DNA of 64,000 bases from an uncultured Planctomycetaceae bacterium (lineage in GTDB: Bacteria; Planctomycetota; Phycisphaerae; SM23-33), in NCBI GenBank assembly GCA_964616985.1, contig CAZTVF010000005.1, forward strand, positions 6,771 to 70,770. Reading direction: 5' to 3'. The notes beneath the pieces are model-generated. The model searched no databases and was not told the DNA's origin. It worked only from the letters and a program-made list of their open reading frames with translations. Made by a program: the position numbers and the translations under genes. Below are positions 1 to 9,590 of this stretch, piece by piece. Positions within the stretch are counted from its first letter, which is position 1, and each line of letters starts with the position of its first letter.

Positions 1-457
1 CATCCGCTTCGTGGATGAGGTCGACGACGGCTTCCTTGGTCTGGCTCTGGCGCAGGAACTTGCGGAAGATGTCCCGCTGCACGTGCTTGAAGATCGTTTC
101 CATCGCCTGGAGGTGCTCATCGGGGCTGTCGGGGCTCGACAGCAGGAGGATGACCGAGTAGACGGGCTTGGCGTCCAGCGACGAGAAGTCGATGCCTTCG
201 CTGGAGCGGCCGATCGTCCCGATGGGCTTCTTGATGCCCTTGAGCTTGGCGTGGGGCAGGGCGACGCCCTTGCCGATGCCGGTGGTGGCCTGCGCTTCGC
301 GGGCGAGGATGGCCTTGGTGATGTCTTCCACGCTCTTTTTGGCAACGGCGCCGGCAGCGGCCAGCGCCTCAACCAATTCCACCACCGCCGCTTCGCGCGT
401 GGTCGCCTTCAATTCGGGGACGATCGCGTCGCTTACCATAATATCTGACAGCTTCAT
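1..457 (-). CDS. ptsN: PTS IIA-Ntr nitrogen regulatory protein (PtsN); N-terminus in window, runs off the left edge
   Basis: The minus-strand translation begins MKLSDIMVSDAIVPELKATTREAAVVELVEALAAAG and carries the phosphorylatable His in GKGVALPHAKL, typical of EIIA-Ntr. It lies directly downstream of hpf as in rpoN-hpf-ptsN clusters. It is absent from the ORF track because the gene extends past position 1. Confidence 0.7.
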   Translation of the reverse strand, partial: MKLSDIMVSDAIVPELKATTREAAVVELVEALAAAGAVAKKSVEDITKAILAREAQATTGIGKGVALPHAKLKGIKKPIGTIGRSSEGIDFSSLDAKPVYSVILLLSSPDSPDEHLQAMETIFKHVQRDIFRKFLRQSQTKEAVVDLIHEAD

Positions 458-525
458 GCATCGCTCCTGCTAACTGAGTACGCCCGCGCAGAGGCGGGCT
501 GGAACAACAGGTCTTCCAACCGCGG

Positions 526-855
526 CTACTCGCCGGCTTCAGACGTCTGCCCGTGCGAGGGGCCCTGACGGTCGCGCACCTTGTCTTTGTGCCGCCGAAC
601 CTGTTCGGAAATCTTGTGAAGGCACTGGTCGATGCACGTGTACATGTCCTCGTGGCGATCAGTGGCGACGAACTTGTTCTTCTTCTTGGCCGTGGCGACG
701 ATTTCCACCACGGACATGTCGGCTTGTTTATCCAGAATTACTTCGATCGACAGCAGGCTGTCGTAAAAACGCTCCAACTTGGACACCTTGGACGCCACAT
801 GCTCACGCAGGGTGTCGGTCACGTTCATGTGGCGAGCCTGAACCTGTATATCCAC
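526..855 (-). CDS. hpf: ribosome hibernation promoting factor / sigma-54 modulation protein (HPF/RaiA/YfiA family)
   Basis: 109 aa with a typical HPF fold signature (MDIQVQARHMNVTDTLREHVASKVSKLERF...VEIVATAKKKNKFVATDRHEDMY). It uses a GTG start preceded by AAGGAG and sits upstream of ptsN. Confidence 0.75.
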   Translation of the reverse strand: MDIQVQARHMNVTDTLREHVASKVSKLERFYDSLLSIEVILDKQADMSVVEIVATAKKKNKFVATDRHEDMYTCIDQCLHKISEQVRRHKDKVRDRQGPSHGQTSEAGE

Positions 856-1065
856 GCAAAAGCTCCTTTAAGAGCCCGTCGAGGGGCTCTCGCTTTGCGG
901 TGGTTTGTTCCGCCACCGCGCCGGTGCCAGACCATCCTAGTGACTGCCCCTGCGGGCGTCAAGTACTTGACAGGCAGCGAAGTTTCGCATAACACAGTTG
1001 CCGTCCTTTGTTTATTCCCACAGCCGATGCCCCCGCGGGGGCTCGTTCTTTTTGAAGAGGCTCCA

Positions 1066-2268
1066 ATGAAAGTCTTTGTCGTCAACTGCGGCAGCAGTTC
1101 CATCAAGTACCAGCTCTTCGACATGACCAATGAATCCGTCCTTGCCCGCGGCATCATGGAGCGGGTGGGCTCGGCCGACGCCAAGCTGGCCCACGTGGTC
1201 GGCGAGAAGAAGCATGAGAAGCAGGTGGCGGCCCCGAACCACACCGCCGGGATGAGGTTCATCCTGGAGGCCCTGGTCGACCCGCAGATCGGCGTGCTCA
1301 AGAGCATCGGCGAGATCAACGCCGTCGGCCATCGCGTGCTGCACGGCGGGGAGAAGATCTCGGCCACGTGCGTCATCGACGAGAAGGTCATCGCGGTGAT
1401 CAAGGAGAACTTCGTCCTGGGCCCCCTGCACAACCCGCCGAACCTGATGGGCATCGAGGCGGCGATGAAGGACATGCCGGGCGTGCCCAACGTGGCGGTT
1501 TTCGACACGGCGTTTTTCAGCACGCTGCCGCCCAAGGCCTACCGCTATGCCGTGCCCGAGGAGTGGTATCGCAAGCACCACGTGCGGCGGTACGGTTTCC
1601 ACGGCACGAGCCATCGCTACGTCACGCGCCGTTCGGCCCAGCTGCTGGACAAGCCCCTCGACCAGGTCAACCTGATCACCGTGCACCTGGGCAACGGGTG
1701 CTCGATGACCGCGGTGGCCGGGGGCAAGGCCATCGACCACTCCATGGGCATGACGCCGCTGGAGGGCCTGGTAATGGGCACGCGAAGCGGCGACATCGAC
1801 CCGGCCATCCTGCCCTACATGATCGGCCGAGCCAACCTCACCCCCGAGCAGATCGACACCATCCTCAACAAGTCCTCGGGCCTGCTGGGGCTCAGCGGCA
1901 TCAGCAACGACATGCGTGACCTGCTGGCCGCCGAGGCCAAGGGCGAGAAGTACGCCGAGCTGGCCCTGTCGGTGTTCGTCTACCGCATCCTGAAGTACAT
2001 CGGCTCGTATTACACGATCCTGCCGGCGCTGGACGCGATCGTGCTGACCGGCGGCATCGGCGAGAATTCGCTGCCGATCCGCCATCGCGTCTGCGAGGGC
2101 CTCTCGCGCCTCGGCGTCCGCCTGGACCCCCAGCGCAACGAACGCACCATCCGCGGCGTCCATGGCCCCATCTCGGCCGAGGGCTCGCCCCTGGCCGTCT
2201 GGGTCGTGCCCACCAACGAAGAACTCATGATCGCCCGCGACACCGCCGAAGCCGTGAAGAGACAGTAA
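1066..2268 (+). CDS. ackA: acetate kinase
   Basis: The translation from the internal ATG is MKVFVVNCGSSSIKYQLFDM...GFHGTSHRYV...VHLGNGCSMTAV, the canonical AckA N-terminus and motifs, 400 aa. The track ORF 553-2268 carries a spurious 171-aa N-terminal extension. Confidence 0.85.
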   Translation: MKVFVVNCGSSSIKYQLFDMTNESVLARGIMERVGSADAKLAHVVGEKKHEKQVAAPNHTAGMRFILEALVDPQIGVLKSIGEINAVGHRVLHGGEKISATCVIDEKVIAVIKENFVLGPLHNPPNLMGIEAAMKDMPGVPNVAVFDTAFFSTLPPKAYRYAVPEEWYRKHHVRRYGFHGTSHRYVTRRSAQLLDKPLDQVNLITVHLGNGCSMTAVAGGKAIDHSMGMTPLEGLVMGTRSGDIDPAILPYMIGRANLTPEQIDTILNKSSGLLGLSGISNDMRDLLAAEAKGEKYAELALSVFVYRILKYIGSYYTILPALDAIVLTGGIGENSLPIRHRVCEGLSRLGVRLDPQRNERTIRGVHGPISAEGSPLAVWVVPTNEELMIARDTAEAVKRQ

Positions 2269-2289
2269 AACCGGGAGCCATGCCCCGCA

Positions 2290-2650
2290 GCCGACGGGTG
2301 CCATGAGGTGCCATGGGTGCCATGCTTTTAGCCCCGCAGGGGCAAAAGCATGTTTACAGCGCACCCAATCACGGATGACGTCGGGGTCTGGAACGTGTGA
2401 CGACTGTCCCCCCGTTGGCGCGAAGAAAAGAGAAACCGGGGTCATCGTCTCATCCGCTCCGCCTCGCAAGTTCTGCCCACACGTCGCTATCGCTCGGCCT
2501 TTCTGCGCTGTAGACCCGGCATTTGCGGACGGCTGGGAGTGCGGCGCCGGTTGTATAAACATGCTTTTGCCCCTGCGGGGCTAAAAGCATGGCACCCGGA
2601 ATAGGAGCATGGCACCCGGAGCAAGAGCATGGCACCCGGAGCGCAGGCGT
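2290..2650. repeat. MITE-like element: ~40-bp terminal inverted repeats with subterminal short tandem repeats around a ~200-bp core
   Basis: The left arm GGGTGCCATGCTTTTAGCCCCGCAGGGGCAAAAGCATGTTTA (about 2318-2358) is the near-perfect reverse complement of the right arm (about 2556-2597). Outside the arms are 3x GGTGCCATG on the left and 3x GCATGGCACCCGGA on the right. Each arm is itself a 14-bp-stem hairpin followed by a T-run facing the core. Confidence 0.5.
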
Positions 2651-2805
2651 CAGACGCCTGTGCACGGGCAACACGCAGACTTTTCTCCGTCGCCGCCGTT
2701 TACTCCGTCGCCGGCGCGGAATTCCATTGCCTCCGGTTGCGGCGAAAGCTTTAATGGACGCTCAAGGATAGCACCGCCACGGAACGTCACGAAGGAGCCA
2801 ATGGA

Positions 2806-3861
2806 ATGCGCACCGACGTCAAGATTGGAATAACGACCGGCCTGGTCGTCTGCGTAGGCATACTGCTGTATTTCGTCTTCACCAACAACAAGGACACCCG
2901 GCCCGTCAGGAATCGCGATGGCGACGTGGGCCTGCGGTCCGACACGCCGCCGCTGGCCACGCCGCGAGGCGAGGTTCCTCGTTCGCCCCTGGCCGTGGCG
3001 TCGCCCACGCCCCAGCCCGTGCCCGCGCCGACGCCCGCCATCACCGTCAGCGAAGGCAACTCCAGCGTGGTCTCCACCGTCCGCCCCGACCGGCCTTCCG
3101 AGAGCACCGTCAACGTCACGCTGCACGACGCCAACAAGGCCGGCGATAGCATCGTGATCGACCCGCCGACGGCCGAGCCCAATAAGGATGTGCGAACGGG
3201 CGAGGCGGTGCTGCTGCCGGTGACTCCCGGCATCCGCGAGGGCGTCCGCAGCGGCGAGCCCAACGCGACCGCCGTCGCCCCCCGCACCACGGCCAATGAA
3301 GAGCCCGGGTCCGTGATGGTTGGCGCGGCCGGCGAAAAGTATTACATCGTCAAACGCGGCGACAACGGCCTGTGGGCCGTGGCCGAGAAGGTCTATGGCG
3401 ACGGCAAGAAGTGGGAACTGATCGCGGCGGTCAACCCGCCCGAGGTGTCGCGCAACCCGCTGCGTCCCGGCCAGAAGATCAGCCTGCCGGCCAATGCAGG
3501 CGTTGCCGAGGCCCCGCCGGTTCGCCCGCTGGCTTCGGCGGCCAGCACCTCCAAGCCTGCCGACGGCGAGAAGTACGTCGTCAAGTCGGGCGACACGGGT
3601 CTGGAAGCGATCGCCCGGAAAGTTTATAACGGCGATGGCACGCTTTGGCCTGCCATCGCAAAGGCCAACCCGAACGTGGACTCCGCCCGCCTTCGCGTCG
3701 GCCAGGAAATTATCATTCCTTCATTGAACGATGCAAAGCGGATGCTGGGGGTCGCGGCGACGGCGACATCCCGGCCGACCACCGAGCGGGCTCGAAGCAC
3801 GCCGACGGCCAGGCCCACGGAAAAACCCAAGGCCACCGACAGCGGCAAGAAGTTCGACTGA
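2806..3861 (+). CDS. membrane-anchored protein with two LysM peptidoglycan-binding domains
   Basis: It has an N-terminal TM helix (IGITTGLVVCVGILLYFVF), a Pro/Thr-rich linker, and two LysM repeats (YYIVKRGDNGLWAVAEKVYGDGKKWELIAAVNP and YVVKSGDTGLEAIARKVYNGDGTLWPAIAKANP). The RBS GAAGGAG lies 8 nt upstream. Confidence 0.7.
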   Translation: MRTDVKIGITTGLVVCVGILLYFVFTNNKDTRPVRNRDGDVGLRSDTPPLATPRGEVPRSPLAVASPTPQPVPAPTPAITVSEGNSSVVSTVRPDRPSESTVNVTLHDANKAGDSIVIDPPTAEPNKDVRTGEAVLLPVTPGIREGVRSGEPNATAVAPRTTANEEPGSVMVGAAGEKYYIVKRGDNGLWAVAEKVYGDGKKWELIAAVNPPEVSRNPLRPGQKISLPANAGVAEAPPVRPLASAASTSKPADGEKYVVKSGDTGLEAIARKVYNGDGTLWPAIAKANPNVDSARLRVGQEIIIPSLNDAKRMLGVAATATSRPTTERARSTPTARPTEKPKATDSGKKFD

Positions 3862-4038
3862 TCCCTCAAGGAGTAGCTGATTGGAATGAGCAGCTGGGCT
3901 TTCCGATCCGTCCGCCGGCCCGCCCGGCGGACGCGGTGGTCATGACATGGCCGCGGGGCGAACTCGCAAACCCCGGGCCCCAGCAGCTGCGCCTCATCCC
4001 GAGACGCGGAACACTCCCTGCATGAACGGAGACTGGGC

Positions 4039-5754
4039 ATGCTTCGGTACACTCTGATTTCACTGGCCACGGCGTTCGTCTTCCTGGGCATCAACTGCAC
4101 CCCCAAGCCGACCCCTCAGCAGCAACTGGAACAACAGGTCCGCGCGACCCACATGTCCGGCACGGTGGCGGAGTTCGCCATGTTCGAAGGCGCCGCCGAC
4201 CTGCCGGTGCAGGGGTATGGCGTGGTGGTGGGGCTGGGGACCAACGGGTCCCGCGAGGTGCCCGCGCACGTCAAGCCGTATCTTGTTGAATACCTTGGCA
4301 AGCTCGGTTTCGGCTCGGCCTCAAAGAACCTGCTCCATATGACCCCCAGCAAGGTGCTCAGCTCAACCGACACCGCGGTGGTGCTGATCGGCGGGGCCAT
4401 TCCGTTCGGCGCCCCGCCGGGCACGAAGTTCGACCTGTTCATCGAGGCGATGCCCAACACCCAGACCCGCAGCCTCTGGGGCGGCTGCCTGCTGCAATCG
4501 GAACTCCGCTTCGCCGATCGCGGCATGGCCATCCCCGGCGGCCCCACCCGTCCGCTGGCGGCGGGGCAGGGCGACGTATTCTGCAATCCCTTCGTGGACC
4601 CCAACGACGAGCGCGAGATGGTGAAGTGGCGTTCCGGCCGCGTCCTCGGCGGCGGCACGGTGGGAGTCCCCACGCCGATTCTGCTGGTCCTTCGCCAGCC
4701 GGACTACGCCCGGGCCGACCTGCTCCAGCGGCGGATCAACGAGGTCTTCGGCGCCAACGCCGTCGCCGTCGCCAAGGCCACCGGGCGCCGCGTCATCGAG
4801 ATCACCGTTCCCAAGGAATGGCACAAGGATTACCAGCATTTCCTGCAGCTGGTGCTGCATATCCCGCTGGATGCCTCGAGCAACTACGAGGTTCGGGCCC
4901 GCGATCTGATCCGCGCCATGGAAGCCCCCGACGCCCCTTGCCAGGACATCGCGATGATCCTCGAAGCCACCGGCCGGCAGATCGTGCCGATCCTCAAGAG
5001 CCACTACACCGACAGCAACCCCAACGTCGCCTACTTCTGCTCCCGCACGGGCGTGAGGCTGCGGGATGAGACGGCCGGGACGGTCGTCGTCCGCTTCGCC
5101 AAGACCCCTTCGCCGCTGCAACTGGAGGCGATCGGCGAATTGGGGAGGCGCAACGAGATCCTCGAAGCTCAGATGGTGCTGCATGACCTGCTGGACGATG
5201 ACAATATGAGCACCCGGATCGCCGCGTACGATGCTCTGGTCCGCCGCGGCGACCGGCGCCGTATCACCCGCCTGGACGTGGACAAGCAGTTCAAGCTCGA
5301 CATTGTCGAATGCCAGAAGACGCCTCTGATCTACGCCACGCAGACCGATCAGCCCCGCCTGGTCGTGTTCGGCAAGGCGATGCCTGTCAAACGCCCGATG
5401 TTCTTCAACACCTCCGACGACCTGGTCACCGTCCGCTGCAACGAGGGCGAGGAGAAGCTGACGGTCTTCCGCAAGACGTTCGACAACCGCTTCAGCGACA
5501 GCTACGAGGTGAACCCCGACGTGCAGTCGCTGGTGCTCAAGTTGGGGTCCCGCCCGATGATGGGCGACGACGGGTCGATCAAGGGCCTGGGGCTGAGCTA
5601 CTGCCAGCTGGTGGCGGTGCTGCACGGAATGTGTCAAAAGGGCGATATTCCCGCCAAATTCAACTTGCAAGAACTGGCCCCCTCGCCCACAATCTACGAC
5701 AGCAACGCACCGGTGATACCGCAGGCGGCACCGCCGGCGGAATCGCCGAAGTGA
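4039..5754 (+). CDS. flagellar P-ring protein FlgI homolog, enlarged to 571 aa, with a signal peptide
   Basis: The N-terminal region (VQGYGVVVGLGTNGS...TAVVLIGGAIPFGAPPGTKFDLFIEAMPNTQTRSLWGGCLLQSEL) follows the FlgI pattern (GYGLVVGL-G-GD ... PPF..G..IDV.V.S.G.A.SL.GG.LL). The C-terminus (LSYCQLVAVLHGMCQKGDIPAKF) resembles the FlgI C-terminal helix. This comes from manual pattern comparison only. Confidence 0.45.
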   Translation: MLRYTLISLATAFVFLGINCTPKPTPQQQLEQQVRATHMSGTVAEFAMFEGAADLPVQGYGVVVGLGTNGSREVPAHVKPYLVEYLGKLGFGSASKNLLHMTPSKVLSSTDTAVVLIGGAIPFGAPPGTKFDLFIEAMPNTQTRSLWGGCLLQSELRFADRGMAIPGGPTRPLAAGQGDVFCNPFVDPNDEREMVKWRSGRVLGGGTVGVPTPILLVLRQPDYARADLLQRRINEVFGANAVAVAKATGRRVIEITVPKEWHKDYQHFLQLVLHIPLDASSNYEVRARDLIRAMEAPDAPCQDIAMILEATGRQIVPILKSHYTDSNPNVAYFCSRTGVRLRDETAGTVVVRFAKTPSPLQLEAIGELGRRNEILEAQMVLHDLLDDDNMSTRIAAYDALVRRGDRRRITRLDVDKQFKLDIVECQKTPLIYATQTDQPRLVVFGKAMPVKRPMFFNTSDDLVTVRCNEGEEKLTVFRKTFDNRFSDSYEVNPDVQSLVLKLGSRPMMGDDGSIKGLGLSYCQLVAVLHGMCQKGDIPAKFNLQELAPSPTIYDSNAPVIPQAAPPAESPK

Positions 5755-5799
5755 TCCCAGGGACGACATCATTCGTTGCGTTAAGGAAGACGCCAGGAA

Positions 5800-8700
5800 A
5801 TGAAACTAAGAAAGCTGATCCTTTCGGGCTTCAAGAGTTTCGCGGACCGGACTGAATTCGACTTCGACGACGGCATCAGTTGCGTTGTCGGCCCCAACGG
5901 CTGCGGCAAGAGCAACGTGGTCGATGCCTTCAAGTGGGTCCTCGGGGAACAGTCGGCCAAGAGCCTCCGCGGTACGGAGATGATGGACGTCATCTTCAAC
6001 GGCTCGTCGGCGCGCAAGCCCGCGGGCATGGCCGAGGTCACGCTGGTTTTCGACAACAGCGACGGGCTGCTCCGCATCCCCAACTCCGGCGAGACCACGC
6101 CCCAGACGGCCATCTCCGTCACCCGCCGCCTATACCGCAGCGGGCAGAGCGAGTACCTCATCAACAAGCTGCCCAGCCGCCTGCGCGACATCCGCGAGAT
6201 GTTCATGGACACCGGCGTGGGCGTCGACGCCTACAGCGTCATCGAGCAGGGCAAGGTCGAGGTCTTCCTCCAGTCCTCGCAGGACGACCGCCGCGCCATC
6301 TTCGACGAGGCCGCCGGCATCAGCAAGTACAAGGCCCGCAAGAAGGAGGCCCTCCGCAAGCTCGAACGCGTCGAGCAGAACCTCCTCCGCGTCACCGACA
6401 TCCAGGCCGAGGTCGAGAAGCGCCTCCGCTCCATCAAGTACCAGGCCGGCAAGGCCCGCAACTACCAGGAATATAGCGAGCGCCTCAAGGACCTCCGCTC
6501 GCTGTTCTTCCAGGCGCAGTACCACACGCTGTCGGGCTCGCGCACGGAACTGCAGAAGAAGCTCGACGCCGCCACCGACAACCTCGGCCGCATCACGGCC
6601 ATGATCGAACAGCTGGAGACCGCCCGCCGCGGCGTGGAGGTCGAATCGGCGGACCTCGACGGCACGGCCCGCGAACTGCAGGGCCGCGTAGGCTCGGTCA
6701 CCGGCCAGATCTCCACCCGCAAGGAACGCGTCGAGATGCTGTCCTCGCGCGTGGGCGAGCTCGGCCAGCAGATCGTCGCCGCCGTCGCCCGCTGCGAGGA
6801 ACTCGAGGCCAAGATCGAGGCCTTCGACCAGGCGTTCAACGCCCGCCGCGAGGACCTCGTCCGCGTGGAGGTGCAGTCGACGGAGCTGGCGCAGAAGTGC
6901 GAAGCGGTCCGCATCGAGCACACGTCGAAGGAAGCGGACATCACCGAGCTGGCCGACCGGCTGGAAGATGAGAAGGCCGGCACGATCGACCTGCTCCGCC
7001 GCACCGCGCAGCTGCACAACGAAATCCAGTCTCACAGCATCCGCCGCGAGAATCTCGCCGGCCAGCAGACCCGCCTCAGCGGTCGGGCCGAGGAGATCGC
7101 CACGGCCCTGACGGCGCTGTTCGAGCAGCGGGCCGCCGTGGAGATCAAGGTGGCCGAAGTGCGCGAGGTGCTCACCGCCTCGCAGGCCCGCCTCGAAGAG
7201 ATCAAGCAGGCGGGCAAGGATCTCGACGCCACCCGCCAGGCCGCCCAGACCGAACTGGGCAACCATCGCGAGCAGCGCAGCGCCCTGCAGAGCCGCATCC
7301 AGGCCCTGCGCGAGATGCAGGCCCGCCGCGAAGGCGTCGCCGCCGGCGTCCGCAACGTGCTGGAGGCCGCCCAGAAGAACGAACTGCCCGCCATCCGCGG
7401 CATGCTCGGCGACTTCCTCCAGTCCGACGTGCAGCACGCACAGATCGTCGAGGCCGCCCTGGCCGGGGCCGACCAGTCGCTGCTGGCCGCCCGCTACGAC
7501 GACCTCGCCGCCGCCAGCGAAAAGATCACCAAGATCCTCGGCGGCAAGGGCGCCGTCGAAGTCCTCTGCCTCGACCGCCTCGAGACATTCACCCAGGACT
7601 TCGAGCTCGCCTCCTGTCCGCAGATCAACGGCCGCGTCATGGACTGGGTCACCTTCGACGGCGACCTCGCCCCGCTGATGTGGCGGCTGCTGGGCAAGAC
7701 CTACGCGGTGGCCACCATGGCCGACGCCGCGGCGGCCGCTGCCGTCGCGCCGCGCGGCTCGCGATTCGTCACCGCCGGCGGTGAAGTGCTTGAGGCCGAC
7801 GGCCGCGTGCGCCTCGGCGCCGCCAACCGCGGGGCCGGCGTCATCGCCCGCCGCAGCGAGATGGTCGAGCTGGAGGCCCGCGTGGCCCAACTCGATCAGA
7901 AAATCGAGGAGCTCCAGGCCCGCTGCCAGACCATGCGGTCGGAGCGCGAGCACCTGGAGGAACTGCAGCAGAAGATTCGCACGGCCATCTACGAGGCCAA
8001 CACCATCCGCGTCGAGTGCGTCAGCCGCCTGGGCGCCCTGAACGAGCAGGCCGGCAAGCTCGAGCGTGAAAAGCCCCTGGTGGCCGAGGACCTCAAGAAC
8101 CTCGCCCTGCAGGTGGAGCAGGCCGTCTCGCGCGAGCACCAGGCCCGCGAGAAGGCCGCCGAGCTGGAGGCCCTCAACGCCGAACGCCAGCAGGAGGTCG
8201 CCCGCCTGACCGAGGAGATCGCCGCCGCCCGCTCGCGGCAGGCCCAGCTGACCGCCCAGCTCACTGAGCACAAGGTGGCCCTGGCCCAGTCGCAGGAAAA
8301 GATCCTCTCGCTGAAGGAGGCGATCAACTCGCTCTCCCGCCAGCGCGAGCAGATGGCCAACGACATCACCTCCGGCCGCTCCGAGATCGAGCTCTCCCGC
8401 CATCGCCGCACCGAGGCCGAAGAAGGGATCAAGGCCGCCCAGGTCGAGTTGGAGCGCCTCTCGGCTGAGAAGGAGACCCTCGAGGGCGAGCTGCAGGACG
8501 TGGAAGAGACCCGCAAGGGCCTGTTCGAGAAGCTCGAGGAGATCCGCCGCCAGCTGACCGCCCAGCGAGGCGAGCACGACCAGGCCTCCAACAAGCTCAA
8601 CAAGAACCGCGTCGAGCTCAGCGAGGCCGATGTCCGCATCGAGAACCTCATCTCCCGAGCTTCGGACGAAATGCAGATGAACCTGCTGGAGCGGTTCGCC

Positions 8701-9423
8701 ACCTACCAGCACGACGAGGCCCGTGATTGGGCCGCCGTCGAGGCGGAGATCCACGACCTCAAGGGCAAGATCGAACGCCTGGGCAACGTCAACCTCGACG
8801 CCATCGCCGAGCAGGAAGAACTCACGCAGCGCCAGGAATTCCTCGGCGCGCAGCTGGAGGACGTGCGGACCTCGCAGAAGCAGCTGGCCGACCTGATCGA
8901 GAAGATCAACCAGGAAAGCCGCGACCTGTTCCTCAAGACCTTCGAGGCCGTCCGCGCGAACTTCCAGGAACTCTTCCGCAAGCTCTTCGGCGGCGGCAGG
9001 GCGGACATCTTCCTGATGACCCCCGAGGACGTGCTGGAAAGCGGCATCGAAGTCGTCGCCCGCCCGCCCGGCAAGGAAATGCGGAGCATCACGCTGCTGT
9101 CCGGCGGCGAGAAGACGATGACCGCGCTGGCGCTGCTGTTCAGCATCTTCCGTAGCCGCCCCAGCCCCTTCTGCATCCTGGACGAAGTGGATGCGGCGCT
9201 GGACGAGGCCAATAACCGCCGCTTCAACCTGCTGGTCAGCGAGTTCATCGGCACCAGCCAGTTCCTCGTCATCTCGCACGCCAAGCGCACGATGAGCATG
9301 GCCAGCGTGCTGTACGGCGTGACGATGCAGGAGCCCGGCGTCTCCCGCCGCATCAGCGTCAAGTTCGAGGACGTCGGCGAGAAGCTCGAGCACGACCTCA
9401 AGCCCGCAGCGGCGAAGAGTTGA
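5800..9423 (+). CDS. smc: chromosome segregation protein SMC
   Basis: 1207 aa. It has the Walker A GPNGCGKSN at the N-terminus, long coiled-coil arms, the C-terminal signature LSGGEKTMTALALLF, and Walker B ILDEVDAALD. Confidence 0.9.
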   Translation: MKLRKLILSGFKSFADRTEFDFDDGISCVVGPNGCGKSNVVDAFKWVLGEQSAKSLRGTEMMDVIFNGSSARKPAGMAEVTLVFDNSDGLLRIPNSGETTPQTAISVTRRLYRSGQSEYLINKLPSRLRDIREMFMDTGVGVDAYSVIEQGKVEVFLQSSQDDRRAIFDEAAGISKYKARKKEALRKLERVEQNLLRVTDIQAEVEKRLRSIKYQAGKARNYQEYSERLKDLRSLFFQAQYHTLSGSRTELQKKLDAATDNLGRITAMIEQLETARRGVEVESADLDGTARELQGRVGSVTGQISTRKERVEMLSSRVGELGQQIVAAVARCEELEAKIEAFDQAFNARREDLVRVEVQSTELAQKCEAVRIEHTSKEADITELADRLEDEKAGTIDLLRRTAQLHNEIQSHSIRRENLAGQQTRLSGRAEEIATALTALFEQRAAVEIKVAEVREVLTASQARLEEIKQAGKDLDATRQAAQTELGNHREQRSALQSRIQALREMQARREGVAAGVRNVLEAAQKNELPAIRGMLGDFLQSDVQHAQIVEAALAGADQSLLAARYDDLAAASEKITKILGGKGAVEVLCLDRLETFTQDFELASCPQINGRVMDWVTFDGDLAPLMWRLLGKTYAVATMADAAAAAAVAPRGSRFVTAGGEVLEADGRVRLGAANRGAGVIARRSEMVELEARVAQLDQKIEELQARCQTMRSEREHLEELQQKIRTAIYEANTIRVECVSRLGALNEQAGKLEREKPLVAEDLKNLALQVEQAVSREHQAREKAAELEALNAERQQEVARLTEEIAAARSRQAQLTAQLTEHKVALAQSQEKILSLKEAINSLSRQREQMANDITSGRSEIELSRHRRTEAEEGIKAAQVELERLSAEKETLEGELQDVEETRKGLFEKLEEIRRQLTAQRGEHDQASNKLNKNRVELSEADVRIENLISRASDEMQMNLLERFATYQHDEARDWAAVEAEIHDLKGKIERLGNVNLDAIAEQEELTQRQEFLGAQLEDVRTSQKQLADLIEKINQESRDLFLKTFEAVRANFQELFRKLFGGGRADIFLMTPEDVLESGIEVVARPPGKEMRSITLLSGGEKTMTALALLFSIFRSRPSPFCILDEVDAALDEANNRRFNLLVSEFIGTSQFLVISHAKRTMSMASVLYGVTMQEPGVSRRISVKFEDVGEKLEHDLKPAAAKS

Positions 9424-9495
9424 TCAGTTAATCAGTTAATCGGTTGATCGGTTGATCCGTGGATCAGTGGATCAGTTAATCAGTTGATCGGTGCA
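9424..9495 (+). repeat. array of nine tandem 8-bp iteron-like units (TCRGTKRA) directly after the smc stop
   Basis: The units read tcagttaa tcagttaa tcggttga tcggttga tccgtgga tcagtgga tcagttaa tcagttga tcggtgca with a strict 8-bp period. Confidence 0.6.
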
Positions 9496-9590
9496 TGGTG
9501 TATCCCAATCGATCGACAGTGATCCCCGATCTGGTCTATCCGACGATTTGGGTTTCCGCTCGCGATTTCGCGCACGGCGGCCCCTCCTGG

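Noticed and set aside
553-1065. N-terminal 171-aa extension of the track ORF containing ackA.
   Set aside because: The canonical AckA N-terminus MKVFVVNCGSSSIKYQ begins at 1066. The upstream part overlaps hpf on the other strand and has no homology pattern.
6130-9393. 1087-aa minus-strand ORF antisense to smc. Similar long antisense ORFs occur at 1012-2562 (-), 4363-5772 (-), 9734-11194 (-), 13261-15447 (-), 20772-23219 (-), 23384-26263 (-), 26260-27627 (-), 38999-41596 (+), 48055-50577 (+) and 60476-62275 (-).
   Set aside because: They are Arg/Ala/Gly/Pro-rich, low-complexity translations typical of the non-coding frames of high-GC genes. The opposite strand in each case encodes a protein with clear family motifs.
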